From IMG/VR virus record IMGVR_UViG_3300029705_000009: a DNA stretch of 64,000 nt, one strand, 5' to 3'. The number at the start of each line of letters is the position of its first letter. The first letter of the stretch is position 1. Source of the DNA: a virus. Lineage: Duplodnaviria; Caudoviricetes. Both the position numbers and the translations under genes were made by a program. Shown one piece after another: positions 9,027 to 19,209 of this stretch. Below the pieces are notes generated by a model. It saw nothing but the letters and a program-made list of their open reading frames with translations, was not told where the DNA came from and ran no database searches.

Positions 9027-10925
9027 TTATCTATCCGGAAACTCTTCTTTTATTATTGGATAAGGAAGTCTTTCCATATATCTCTTATTATCCCAACCGT
9101 AAATCCTGTCAAACTCTTCGTAATTAGAATAAAATCTTCTATCTATCTGATCGTAATAAACTGGTATCTCTTTTGTTGAACCAAATATACGATCCTTTAT
9201 GACTGAAATAATTACGTCATATCCATAATATTTGTTAGAAGGATTACTCTTTTCGTCTGGTTTAACACGCTTCAAACCGATTGTTCTTGTGGCCAAGTTT
9301 ACAATGTTCTGGCTACCAGCCACATCAAACAATCCGATATCTGTGCCGCCTTGAATCTTACGTGGATGCGCGATGCAGACCACAACCACATCATACTTCA
9401 TAGAAAACTTAATCAGTCTGTTCATAAAATCTGTCTGTGCCTTATTGGTATCTGCACCGTCTGCACGAAGCTGCACAGTCATAAGGTTGTCAATAATGAA
9501 AAGTCTTAATCCTTTTTTAGTGGCACATAACTCCATGCTTTCAAATAGCTTGTCCTCACTATTTTCTTCTTCATCCTTATAAATGAAGAACATGTCATCA
9601 TAATGTTTGGTAATCTCTCCCTTTGCATCTTCGTTTACAATGTAAAAGTCGTTACCATTGCCTAACTTAATGGGATGCATATTTCTTCTTCCGGCAGCTA
9701 CCTGTGTAAACCACCCTTTACTCATTCCGTTCAACAATTCTCTAGAAAACAGAAATGTTTTATATCCACTATCCATAGCTTTTAAAACAACCTGGTTTAA
9801 AAATGTTGTTTTACCAGCACTAGGCAAACCAGTGAGTAGTGTTACTCCACCAGTAAAAATCTTCATTAGTTCTTTATCTAACTCTTCAATACCAACTTCA
9901 AACCCATCCATTTCTGTAGGGTTTAACTCTTTGATTTCAGACAACTTTGCAACAGATGTAATTGGTATATCTTTTGCAGTATTGATAAGTTCTAATAAAA
10001 ATTCTTTGCCTTTAGCCTGAAGAATTTCGTTCGCATCTTTTACCGGAACTACTTTCCCGGTATCCTTAAATTCCAATTCTTTCGGAACTTCTACATATTT
10101 GCATTTCATCGCTCCAAGCCGGTTAATTACTTCATTTCTCATCTTTAACCCAGCTTTATCGCCATCGCTAAAAACAATAATCGAATCAAACTGTTGTAAC
10201 CAATCCCAACAATTCTCAATCCACCCCATTCCCTGGGAGCCTTTTAAAATACTTACAGTGTTTAAATAACCAGCTTCAATAACACTCGCTGCGTCTATCT
10301 GCCCTTCAGTGATAACCAAAGGTTTTGTAGTGTTAATTCTGTTCATGTTCCAAAGAATATCTGCAACATCTGCATCTTTTTGGAACCAGCATTTATTTTC
10401 ATTTGTTTTATATGATTTTCTATAATTAACAACTGTTAACGTATCGTATTGATCATATGTATGAAATGCAATGTTTCCATGTTCATCTGCACGAATATCC
10501 AGATAATCAGCCGTTGCCTTGCTAATGCCGCGAGAACCAAGATACTCATAAACTTTTGTCATGTCATTTTCTCTTGGTTCTTCATGTGGATATTTATATC
10601 TAGGTAATGTTTTTACGTGCTGCTCCGGACAGTTAAAATCCATATCAGCTTTTTTACAGAATATTTTCACGGCATCTACAAATGTGTTGCCTTTTTCCAT
10701 TAAAACATCAATAGCGTCAACAGTTTTGGAGCACCCGAAGCAATGCCACGTAAAATTCTTTTTATTATATATAAAACTTGGTGTGTCCTCTCTGTGATAT
10801 GGACAACATGCTTTAAGATTCTTTTCGTCAAAATTTTCTAAATCAAGCAACTCAGCAATAATAAAAGCATTTTCGTCACCCAATTTTTCCTTGGCTTTTT
10901 CAATCAATTCCTTTTCAACTAGCAA
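9027..10925 (-). CDS. Primase-helicase (CHC2 Zn finger, TOPRIM, DnaB/Twinkle-like helicase)
   Basis: CPYH..CFGC, EGQID, DGDKAG, KDANE, Walker A GLPSAGKT, IIDNL, AHPRK. Confidence 0.92.
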   Translation of the reverse strand: MLVEKELIEKAKEKLGDENAFIIAELLDLENFDEKNLKACCPYHREDTPSFIYNKKNFTWHCFGCSKTVDAIDVLMEKGNTFVDAVKIFCKKADMDFNCPEQHVKTLPRYKYPHEEPRENDMTKVYEYLGSRGISKATADYLDIRADEHGNIAFHTYDQYDTLTVVNYRKSYKTNENKCWFQKDADVADILWNMNRINTTKPLVITEGQIDAASVIEAGYLNTVSILKGSQGMGWIENCWDWLQQFDSIIVFSDGDKAGLKMRNEVINRLGAMKCKYVEVPKELEFKDTGKVVPVKDANEILQAKGKEFLLELINTAKDIPITSVAKLSEIKELNPTEMDGFEVGIEELDKELMKIFTGGVTLLTGLPSAGKTTFLNQVVLKAMDSGYKTFLFSRELLNGMSKGWFTQVAAGRRNMHPIKLGNGNDFYIVNEDAKGEITKHYDDMFFIYKDEEENSEDKLFESMELCATKKGLRLFIIDNLMTVQLRADGADTNKAQTDFMNRLIKFSMKYDVVVVCIAHPRKIQGGTDIGLFDVAGSQNIVNLATRTIGLKRVKPDEKSNPSNKYYGYDVIISVIKDRIFGSTKEIPVYYDQIDRRFYSNYEEFDRIYGWDNKRYMERLPYPIIKEEFPDR

Positions 10926-10936
10926 TTTTTCACCGC

Positions 10937-11284
10937 CTATGCCTTAAATTCTTTCTCCCAGAACAACTTTCTAAGTCCATATAAAACGTATACTGGTTTA
11001 TTAGAATAATATCTTCCTGAAGACATTATGTTTTTTAATATAAAATCAACTGGTACTTTGTTCTTAAAAATCAAAGTGTTGATTGTTCTTACTACTGTAG
11101 GATATTGTGTTTTGTCTTCTATATGCTCCATATACAAGTCAACACACTCTTTAATTTTTTGCTTTGTTTCTGCACAATCCCAATGATAATGCTTTTTGTT
11201 AATCACCACGGATTCCGAGGCTTTAACCTTTTCTCCGTGGTGTAAACAATGGTTATATGCGCAGACATATTCTTTATCTGCCAT
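10937..11284 (-). CDS. Hypothetical protein with Cys/His N-terminus
   Basis: ORF in replication operon, RBS present. Confidence 0.7.
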   Translation of the reverse strand: MADKEYVCAYNHCLHHGEKVKASESVVINKKHYHWDCAETKQKIKECVDLYMEHIEDKTQYPTVVRTINTLIFKNKVPVDFILKNIMSSGRYYSNKPVYVLYGLRKLFWEKEFKA

Positions 11285-11302
11285 ATGCTAACGTCCTTTC
11301 AT

Positions 11303-11914
11303 TTATTCAACCAACTTATTATAAAATTCATTATAAATTTCAAATATTCTCCAATTATCTTTATACTTGTCCCATTTGCTTCTACCAAATGCAGATATAC
11401 CTATTTGTTTTTGCCCATATACATGACAAGACGGAATAATATATGTTTTATGAATTTTGTTTTCATCATTTATGCAATACAGTATATAAATATCACAAGT
11501 TGGCTCTTTCTTTTCTAGGTTGAACGAATGGTACTTATATCCATTATTATTTTCAATAATTGTTGAACTTTTTACATCTACTTTGATATGTTTATTAGTC
11601 GTTATGTCATATGGATATCCAACTTTATTTTTGTAACTTTCCAAATAGGTATGTGTTAATATGTCTTGTATTGAATACCTTTCAAAATAATCGCCAAATT
11701 CACTCTCGCAGTCTTTTACGGTGTATCCTAATAAGTTTGCCCAATATTTTGTTCCACCGCTCTTAGATATTTTGTTTGTTAGAGCTTCATTTCCATAGTA
11801 TTCAATCATCTCACTATGAGTTGGAAATCTATCCAACTCCAGTGATTTGATTACCCTTTCAATCTCAGATATTACCAATTCGTTCGTCCAGTTTGTTCCA
11901 TACGAATGTCCTAT
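11303..11914 (-). CDS. Putative freestanding PD-(D/E)XK endonuclease with homing-endonuclease-associated N-terminal repeat
   Basis: YDI...DVKSS motif; N-terminal WT..L..FPTHSE; frame open to ATA after GAGGTGA. Confidence 0.6.
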   Translation of the reverse strand: MGHSYGTNWTNELVISEIERVIKSLELDRFPTHSEMIEYYGNEALTNKISKSGGTKYWANLLGYTVKDCESEFGDYFERYSIQDILTHTYLESYKNKVGYPYDITTNKHIKVDVKSSTIIENNNGYKYHSFNLEKKEPTCDIYILYCINDENKIHKTYIIPSCHVYGQKQIGISAFGRSKWDKYKDNWRIFEIYNEFYNKLVE

Positions 11915-11927
11915 GCCAAATCACCTC

Positions 11928-12353
11928 TTAATTAAATGGAAGTTCAGAATCTTCAATTTCATCAGGCACATTCATAAAGTCTGTGTTCTTTCCGGACTTG
12001 GCATTTGCAGTTGTATTATCGGAAGAATTTCCACCCTTGCTCTCTGCAAACTCCTGATCTTCTACAACCACATCGGTTGTATAAACGGTCTGTCCGTCTT
12101 TGTTGGTATAGCTACCAGTCTGAATACGACCAGTTACAGCAATCTTTGTACCCTTGGTCAGATACTTCTCTGTAAACTCGGCAGCCTTACCGAAAACAGT
12201 ACAGTTAATAAAATCTGCGGTAGGTTCTCCCTCTCTCTTCATTCTTCTGTCTACTGCAAGGGTGTATCTCGCAATAGCCATAGGTGTAGCACCCTGGGAA
12301 TATCTAACCTCAGGATCTTTTGTCAGACGTCCGATTAAAATTACTTTATTCAT
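11928..12353 (-). CDS. ssb: Single-stranded DNA-binding protein
   Basis: MNKVILIGRLTKDPE...ELPFN. Confidence 0.97.
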   Translation of the reverse strand: MNKVILIGRLTKDPEVRYSQGATPMAIARYTLAVDRRMKREGEPTADFINCTVFGKAAEFTEKYLTKGTKIAVTGRIQTGSYTNKDGQTVYTTDVVVEDQEFAESKGGNSSDNTTANAKSGKNTDFMNVPDEIEDSELPFN

Positions 12354-12387
12354 ACTTTATGTTTCCTCCATATATTATTTTATTTAC

Positions 12388-13329
12388 TTATTCTACTGGT
12401 TTAATTGTCTTAAGTTGCTCAAGACACTGCTTTGCTTTCTCAATGTCTTTCAGTGCGTTAGGATTTCCACTAGGGACATATGCTTTCAAAGCATCCATAA
12501 GTTCTGTGTTCTTGGTGCCACCAAGAGACGTGCAGAATGCAATAATTTCTTTCTTGATAGATGTAAGATCGTCAACGTCCATTGTTAATTCTGCGCTTTT
12601 CTGAATGGTGGGTGCTTTGGGAGTAGGAACTTCTCCTCTTTCACACCAGTCATATAATGCCATTCCGTCCTTTGCATTAATAACAGAATATCTATTTTCG
12701 TCCCAAAGACCGGTGTTGTCTTTGTCTGCGTGAGCAATGTGAGTGTCCTGATCAATCTGTAAAGACAACATCATCTCGTAAGAAATGTCTTTGTCAGTCT
12801 GAGAACCTAAACCTACTTTTTTAGGAATCTGCTTTCCGTTTTTCTCTTCAAGCAACCACTCATCCTTACCTCTTGCACAACATAACATATGTGCAGGAGC
12901 AGTTAAAATCTTGTCGATCAGTTGGCGGTGTTTGGGCTTGAGTTTTCCCCAATTAGTGAAGCTATTTCCAGGCATCTTATCATGTGTATCGTTCAACCAT
13001 TTCCACTCTGCAGAAAGACCATCAATAATAATAACCTTATAGCCAGCATCAATCGCTTCTTCAATAGCTGCAATATACTTATCAGTAGTGTATGGATCTT
13101 CTAACTGAAGTAAATCGTACTCAAAAACATAATCTCCATGCTTAGACTTGCACTGTGCATAAAGCTTATCTCTGTCACCTTCAGTACCAATATAAGCAAT
13201 ATCACTACCACACTTTCTGGAAATGCCAGTTGCTAATTCTAATGCGGACTGTGATTTGCCACTACCACTTGCTCCTGTTAATAAAACTTTTAAATAAACT
13301 TTTTCTCTGACCGCTTTTACAAATGCCAT
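12388..13329 (-). CDS. AAA_24 / Sak4-like ATPase (single-strand annealing)
   Basis: GASGSGKS, IIIDGLS; adjacent to ssb. Confidence 0.8.
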   Translation of the reverse strand: MAFVKAVREKVYLKVLLTGASGSGKSQSALELATGISRKCGSDIAYIGTEGDRDKLYAQCKSKHGDYVFEYDLLQLEDPYTTDKYIAAIEEAIDAGYKVIIIDGLSAEWKWLNDTHDKMPGNSFTNWGKLKPKHRQLIDKILTAPAHMLCCARGKDEWLLEEKNGKQIPKKVGLGSQTDKDISYEMMLSLQIDQDTHIAHADKDNTGLWDENRYSVINAKDGMALYDWCERGEVPTPKAPTIQKSAELTMDVDDLTSIKKEIIAFCTSLGGTKNTELMDALKAYVPSGNPNALKDIEKAKQCLEQLKTIKPVE

Positions 13330-13385
13330 TTTGAATATCTCCTTTTGTTATTTATATATTATTTTTTTATTTTATTTACTTACAA

Positions 13386-13604
13386 TTACTTTTTACTATA
13401 CTCATAAAAACGTAAGTCTCGATTCACATCTGCACCATAATCTTCAACATACCTAACTACGTTAATGCAACCACATTCGTTACACTTAACTAATTGTGTA
13501 GAATATCCACTGCCATGATCATCCCACCAAGTATCTTCAGATGTGAATGAGAAGATTGTTTTACATTTTTTGCACTCCTGGTGCATTTTTGATACTAATT
13601 CCAC
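13386..13604 (-). CDS. Small Zn-ribbon protein
   Basis: CxxC...CxxC. Confidence 0.6.
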   Translation of the reverse strand: MELVSKMHQECKKCKTIFSFTSEDTWWDDHGSGYSTQLVKCNECGCINVVRYVEDYGADVNRDLRFYEYSKK

Positions 13605-13654
13605 TCATTCATTGCCTCCTTTCACTAATATTGACTGACTCGCTGCATATTATC

Positions 13655-14968
13655 TTAGTTTAAAGAATCTTGAATAAGCTCTTGTTCTTCTTCTATATCC
13701 GGTGCGTCAGATGTATCTTTTATAATTCCTTCTAATACTTTAAAAGTAAAAGATTTTCTCTTAAAAGCAGTAAACTTACTTCTATTATCAATTCTGGCAA
13801 CAACACCTTCTGCCACATGTCTTGAATCTATCTCGTCCGGAATGTCAAGCCATTTATTTACTCTTTCGTTGAGATCATCTACTGTTGTAAATAAGAATTT
13901 GTCTAGAACAGGAACGAATTTACATCCCATTCTTTCACACCACATCTTGGTTTCTTCTGTAGGCAATTCAATAACAACACCATCTTCATTGGTCATCGTC
14001 ATTCTATAAACGTACATGTCGCTTTCGCCAGGTTCGCAACCATATGTAAATACAGTTTCCTTGCCATATATTTTTTCAAACTCTTTATCTTTTACTAGCT
14101 TATTGCTACATCTTCCCATAATAGGAGTCGTTTCATTTACCCAGCCTACAATTTCATAAAAAACGGTCATTCCTTTTGGTAGTTTGTCAGCAAAGAAATC
14201 ATGATATTTCTTTCTGAATTCATCATTACCGTAATAACCACCATCAAATTTCTTAAGAACAGTTCTTCTAGTACCGGATACCAGTTTGTATTCTTTTTTC
14301 TTCTTATCCTTTAAATTAAAAATCTTTTTCAATATAGGATTTCTGTGTTTTGTTGTTACCTGGATTGCTGCTTGTGTTCTACCGCTAGTTCCGTGCAGCT
14401 TTCTAGTTAAATAAACAATATCTCCATCTTTAAAGGCATGCAAATTATAATCAAGCTGTGATGTATCAATGTGCTCATCAAAATATGGATAAGACACCTC
14501 TTCTTTTTCAAATTTCTTTTTATGTTTTCCTTGACTGCCATCATGGATTCTCTGAGAATATGTTCTAGCTGGTATATATTTCTTACAAATCTCGTGACCA
14601 CCTAAAACAGTAATCTGATCACCATCTTTTAATTTTGAAATATCTGTATATTTTTCTAATACTCTTACTGGCAAAACCAAACCTTCAGACTTTTCGCCAC
14701 GTAATCTTATTGCAGTGATGTTACGTTTAGACGGATCCATATACCCACCTATGTTATTACCATTCTCATCCTTTTTACGAACAAGATTGTTATCGTTTGC
14801 AAACTCTTCAGATAATTGACCATCTGAAGGAAAGAACACAACCTGTTGACCTTCTTGATAAGATAAATCTACTATTACATTCTGACCAAATACTTCTACA
14901 CACTGCAAACGATCTGCATTACTATGTTTCCTTAGATTGTGTAATGTTGTAATGTAACCACAATACAT
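13655..14968 (-). CDS. ATP-dependent RNA ligase (Rnl2/DRB0094-like) with N-terminal OB-like domain
   Basis: N-terminal HSNADRLQ..RLRGEKSEG; motif I RKLHGTS; YEIVG; EGVV; FKRK. Confidence 0.82.
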   Translation of the reverse strand: MYCGYITTLHNLRKHSNADRLQCVEVFGQNVIVDLSYQEGQQVVFFPSDGQLSEEFANDNNLVRKKDENGNNIGGYMDPSKRNITAIRLRGEKSEGLVLPVRVLEKYTDISKLKDGDQITVLGGHEICKKYIPARTYSQRIHDGSQGKHKKKFEKEEVSYPYFDEHIDTSQLDYNLHAFKDGDIVYLTRKLHGTSGRTQAAIQVTTKHRNPILKKIFNLKDKKKKEYKLVSGTRRTVLKKFDGGYYGNDEFRKKYHDFFADKLPKGMTVFYEIVGWVNETTPIMGRCSNKLVKDKEFEKIYGKETVFTYGCEPGESDMYVYRMTMTNEDGVVIELPTEETKMWCERMGCKFVPVLDKFLFTTVDDLNERVNKWLDIPDEIDSRHVAEGVVARIDNRSKFTAFKRKSFTFKVLEGIIKDTSDAPDIEEEQELIQDSLN

Positions 14969-15081
14969 TATTGCTCCACCTCACTTTCGAGATGGATGTT
15001 CTTTGACCCCCGGTCCACTTTTTCGCTAATAATGAAGAACTTCACTACTAGCTATTTTCCTTTTCTATCTTCTTCATAATT

Positions 15082-15375
15082 TTATTCACCTTTATTCATA
15101 TACAATCTACACTTTTCGCATGTCGTATACTTTCCATTCGGATTTAAAAAACCATATCCTTCACATTTGCCATTGACAATTTGTGGCTCTCTTACATTTA
15201 ATTTCTGATAATTTTTCTTTAGTATGCAATTCTCTACTGTGCGTGCTATTTTTATCACTCCTTTAAACAACAAAAAAAGGTGCACCGAACCCAACCATAC
15301 AACCAAATTTCTTTGATCATATAATTGAATCCAGCGCACCCTCGCTCTTCTCCTAGCCAACCTACCAGGAGGCAC
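15082..15375 (-). CDS. Hypothetical Cys-rich protein (start uncertain)
   Basis: ORF track; only the 3' half looks coding. Confidence 0.4.
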   Translation of the reverse strand: MPPGRLARRRARVRWIQLYDQRNLVVWLGSVHLFLLFKGVIKIARTVENCILKKNYQKLNVREPQIVNGKCEGYGFLNPNGKYTTCEKCRLYMNKGE

Positions 15376-15545
15376 ATTATTAATTTTACTTTTTTACTAT
15401 TTTCTTTTTAACTTCAAACAATTGTATGTTACAATTTCTGTCTCTACGTATTTCAAGTGTTTTATCATCTATAATTGCTTTTACTATTTCGTCCACCATG
15501 GACAATAATTGATTTTTTAAATCATCACTATTCAAGTAATATCAC

Positions 15546-15647
15546 CTAGTATTCTCTGTTAGATTTCTTTCTTCTCCCTATTAGCCATCCTGTAGCAAAG
15601 GCTACAGCGATGACCAATACAAAAACTCCTAAATTTAAAACAATCAT
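15546..15647 (-). CDS. Small single-TM protein (33 aa), last gene of envelope operon
   Basis: MIVLNLGVFVLVIAVAFATGWLIGRRKKSNREY. Confidence 0.6.
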   Translation of the reverse strand: MIVLNLGVFVLVIAVAFATGWLIGRRKKSNREY

Positions 15648-15657
15648 ATTATTTTAC

Positions 15658-17271
15658 CTACTGTTCAATAATCTTGAAAGATACGTCAGTACGTCTATTC
15701 ATTGCTCTATGTTCTTCTGTGTCATTATCAACCACAGGATTGCTAGATCCTCTACCAACAGTAACGATTCTGTCAGGAGAAATACCATTCATTACAAAGT
15801 ACTGCTTAACAGCCTCTGCTCTCTGTCCGGAAAGCTTAATGTTATATTCGTCTGTAGGATCAGATACTGGATTAGGATCAGTGTTACCAGCAATTTCAAT
15901 AATAGATCCATCCAGAACCTTAGCCACTTCAATAAATTCGTCAAGTTCCTGAGATGCAGAAGCAGAATCAGAGAACTTAGCAGTATTTACTACAAATGTT
16001 ACAGAAGCAGACTTAGTAAGAAGGGATGTAGCATCTAATACTTCCTGTTTGTTATCTTCTGTTACAACAACCTTATTTGTATCAACGGATGTTTCAGTAG
16101 AACTAAAATCACTTGCAATATTATTAATATAAGTATCATCAAAAAGTGTATCTACAACACTAGCATTTACAGTTTCACCAAGAGATGTCCAGATTTCACA
16201 CATATCAGTAAAAATGGTTTTTGCAGTACCATTTAATAAATTGCTGTTATCTTTCCAGGTAGTCAACTTAGCGGAAGCACAGTTTGCAACAATGTCTTCA
16301 TTGGATGCAGTTGAAAACATAGGCATTACACTTCTAATGGCATCAAAGTCGGTGTCATACAGTTCAGAAGCCATTAACGCACCTTTAATAAACTTTTCTA
16401 CTACCTCAGCATTATTCTTTACAAACTCTTCGTTGAATAAGATACCATCCATTACAAGGCTAGAAGAACTTGCAGTACTAAAGAAAATGTGTGCATCGGT
16501 CATGTTCTGAGCCTGGGTTAAATAAGGTTCCCATGTAGCTGCTACATCAACCTCTCCTGCGAAGAAAGCCTTTGCTGCTTCATCAGGAGTCGCAAAGAAG
16601 ATCAGATTGTTCATAATTGCATCTTTCTCTTCCTGAGTTAAATCAGACTGCTGTACAAACCACGCTACAAGAGTGTGTGCTTCGGAGAACTGAGGAACAC
16701 CGATTTTTGCTCCAACTAAATCAGTTACAGTCTGGATGCTGGAGTGTGCAATAATTCCATCGCCACCGTTAGAATAATTAGTGATAAAAGGCATAACAAT
16801 GTCTACACCAGCCTCAGAAAACTTCTGAGATAAGAAAGCAGTTCTGTTAATTGTATAACCGGCAGCATCAAGATCTCCCTTAATAATAGCATTAGAACTC
16901 TGAGTTGCATCGTTGATTACACTAATATTCACATTGATACCAAGTTCGTCATAAATTCCATATTTCTCAGCATCAAGAATTGACTTCCAACCAATCCATT
17001 CATCAAGGGACAAATTAATGGTATTAGCTTCTGTTTTCTCAATGTTCATTACATTACCATTCTCATCATACTCCGGCAAATTGTCTGTATTTTGAGTAGT
17101 GTTATTAATAACCTCTTCTGTCTTGTTATTAACAACACCTGTGTTCTTCTTGTCATCAGAAGTCTTGATAATGCCAGTCTTTACACCGGCAAACACTCCT
17201 CCTCCAACAAGAGCTAAGATTACAACTAAAATTAATACTTTTGCTGCTTTTGTTAATCTAAATCTTCTCAT
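15658..17271 (-). CDS. Membrane-anchored NMT1/SsuA-like substrate-binding protein with C-terminal OmpA-like domain
   Basis: N-terminal TM; W.GW, SNGGDGI, GEVDVAATWEP; C-terminal GNTD..N..LS..RAEAV..G.G.SNP..NRR. Confidence 0.88.
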   Translation of the reverse strand: MRRFRLTKAAKVLILVVILALVGGGVFAGVKTGIIKTSDDKKNTGVVNNKTEEVINNTTQNTDNLPEYDENGNVMNIEKTEANTINLSLDEWIGWKSILDAEKYGIYDELGINVNISVINDATQSSNAIIKGDLDAAGYTINRTAFLSQKFSEAGVDIVMPFITNYSNGGDGIIAHSSIQTVTDLVGAKIGVPQFSEAHTLVAWFVQQSDLTQEEKDAIMNNLIFFATPDEAAKAFFAGEVDVAATWEPYLTQAQNMTDAHIFFSTASSSSLVMDGILFNEEFVKNNAEVVEKFIKGALMASELYDTDFDAIRSVMPMFSTASNEDIVANCASAKLTTWKDNSNLLNGTAKTIFTDMCEIWTSLGETVNASVVDTLFDDTYINNIASDFSSTETSVDTNKVVVTEDNKQEVLDATSLLTKSASVTFVVNTAKFSDSASASQELDEFIEVAKVLDGSIIEIAGNTDPNPVSDPTDEYNIKLSGQRAEAVKQYFVMNGISPDRIVTVGRGSSNPVVDNDTEEHRAMNRRTDVSFKIIEQ

Positions 17272-17312
17272 TAAATTACATTCTCCCTTATTATTTTATT
17301 TACTCTCCGAAA

Positions 17313-18050
17313 CTATTTATTATATTTCTTCTTCAAAGAACTTAAATAGTCATCACTCTGAAGCTTTTTAGCAGCTTCATCTGCTCTCTGCACCTTAGTG
17401 GAGGTTCTATTCTCATGAATTACTCTAGCACCGGCAACAGAAGCATTCAAATTGTCATTCTTCTCTTTAATAGAATCCAGAAGTTTATCTGTAGCAGTAA
17501 CATTCTTGAGGTCATCCATACTGTCATAAACCTCATTAAGCTGTGCTTTTACTTTCATGTTCTCTACAACTTCTTTGGATTCTCTCTTCAGCTTACGAAG
17601 TGCAATGCCACAAGCCTTATGTACTTCTTCTGCATCTGCTCTAGCAACAGTATAAGCTTCAATCAGTTTGTTACTTCTTTCGATGTCAGAAATAATCTCT
17701 GCTCTCTCTTCTGCTTTTACCTGTGCCATTTCCATTTTGCCAGCTTGAACTAATGCTTCACACTTAGCTTCAACATCCTTTAACTGTTTCTGCAAGTTTT
17801 TGTTACGGCTAGTTTCAACTTCAAGTTTACCAGCTGCAATTCTTAATGCATTATCTGCTTTGTTGTACTTATCCTGTGCTTCATTAATCTTCTCTGCATA
17901 GATAGCTTCTGCTCCTTCCGGAGTTGTTGCCATGTCTTTAATAAAAACACGAGTCCAACCAAGACAGAGCTTACGAAACTCAGGGAACAATACTAATAAT
18001 GCAACAAACAGTACAAGAGCGATAATTACTAACAAAGTTCCCAAATCCAT
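17313..18050 (-). CDS. PspA/IM30-like coiled-coil protein with N-terminal TM
   Basis: TPEGAEAIY..I, long coiled coil, C-terminal DDYLSSLK. Confidence 0.65.
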   Translation of the reverse strand: MDLGTLLVIIALVLFVALLVLFPEFRKLCLGWTRVFIKDMATTPEGAEAIYAEKINEAQDKYNKADNALRIAAGKLEVETSRNKNLQKQLKDVEAKCEALVQAGKMEMAQVKAEERAEIISDIERSNKLIEAYTVARADAEEVHKACGIALRKLKRESKEVVENMKVKAQLNEVYDSMDDLKNVTATDKLLDSIKEKNDNLNASVAGARVIHENRTSTKVQRADEAAKKLQSDDYLSSLKKKYNK

Positions 18051-18580
18051 TACTTCTCACCTCCAACAAAAGCAACAAGATCCGCAATTCTCTTCAGTTC
18101 AACCTCAACCTTGTCTTCTGTACTATCAATAATGGCTTCTCTATTTGCATTATCTTTTTCAAGTTCCTGGATTTCTCTCTTCTTCTGTTCAATAATGGCA
18201 TTATTATCAGCAATAGCATTCTTATTGTCTGCAACAATTGCATTCAGAGCAGAACGAACAACGGTTTCTCTGGAATATCCATCACTTAAAACCTCATCTA
18301 CTGTGAGTCCAAAACTAGACAGAATAGATAAAACGGTAGCCTTTTTGGTGTCTTTGGGCATCTCCTTGGGGAGAGAATTAACAAGCTCTTCTACCTTAAA
18401 GATTGATTTTGACAAATCAGATAATTCATTCTGACCATAAATATCTTCGATCAGATTATCCTGAGATACATCCTCCGTATTAACTTCTACTTCTGCGATT
18501 TCTTCTTCTGCATAAAGTTCTTCGTCAAAGAACTCTTCTTCCTTAATCTCTTCTACTAAAAATTTCTTTAAAAATCCCAT
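18050..18580 (-). CDS. Hypothetical acidic coiled-coil protein
   Basis: ORF coupled in operon, GGAGG RBS. Confidence 0.75.
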   Translation of the reverse strand: MGFLKKFLVEEIKEEEFFDEELYAEEEIAEVEVNTEDVSQDNLIEDIYGQNELSDLSKSIFKVEELVNSLPKEMPKDTKKATVLSILSSFGLTVDEVLSDGYSRETVVRSALNAIVADNKNAIADNNAIIEQKKREIQELEKDNANREAIIDSTEDKVEVELKRIADLVAFVGGEK

Positions 18581-18591
18581 TTGTTCCTCCT

Positions 18592-19209
18592 TTAAAAGTT
18601 TAAAATTTCGTCACACATTTTATTTGCTTCATCTTTGCTATGTGTGACCATAATAATTGTATTATGGGTTTGTTTGTGTATATCAAGGATTAATTGCTGC
18701 ATATCTGTTCTAGTCTTTTCATCTAAAGCAGAAAGAGGTTCATCCATTAATATTATTGATGGTTTCATATATAAAGTACGTGCCAAGGCCAATCTTTGCC
18801 TCATGCCACCGGAAAGTTGCTTTGGATATTTGTCTGCATAATCTTGTAATCCTACTCTTTCCAACCACTTCATGGCATTCTCACGAACTTCATTGGTGAT
18901 TCTTTTGTGATTTATCCTTTCAACAATTAATATATTGTCCAAACAAGTCAACCAGTCAAAAGAAGTGTAATTCTGATGCATCATATAGACATCATTCTTA
19001 CTTGCTCTTTGAAGGGTTTTATCGTCAATAAATATCTCTCCATTAAGTGGATAAATCAAACCGGCAATAGTTTTCAGTAAAGTGGATTTTCCACAACCGG
19101 ATTCTCCTAAAATTCCGTAAATCTTGTTGTCTTCGAATATGTAAGAGAGATTAGATTTTAAAGGCTTATCTCTACTATAACCTGTTGTGATGTCATTCAA
19201 TCGAATCAT
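18592..19209 (-). CDS. ABC transporter ATP-binding protein (SsuB/TauB-like)
   Basis: GESGCGKS, LSGGMRQR, LMDEP, VTH. Confidence 0.95.
   Translation of the reverse strand: MIRLNDITTGYSRDKPLKSNLSYIFEDNKIYGILGESGCGKSTLLKTIAGLIYPLNGEIFIDDKTLQRASKNDVYMMHQNYTSFDWLTCLDNILIVERINHKRITNEVRENAMKWLERVGLQDYADKYPKQLSGGMRQRLALARTLYMKPSIILMDEPLSALDEKTRTDMQQLILDIHKQTHNTIIMVTHSKDEANKMCDEILNF

Noticed and set aside
4687-10925. Inteins in DnaE or primase-helicase
   Set aside because: No C/S...HN-C/S/T splice junctions or LAGLIDADG blocks seen.
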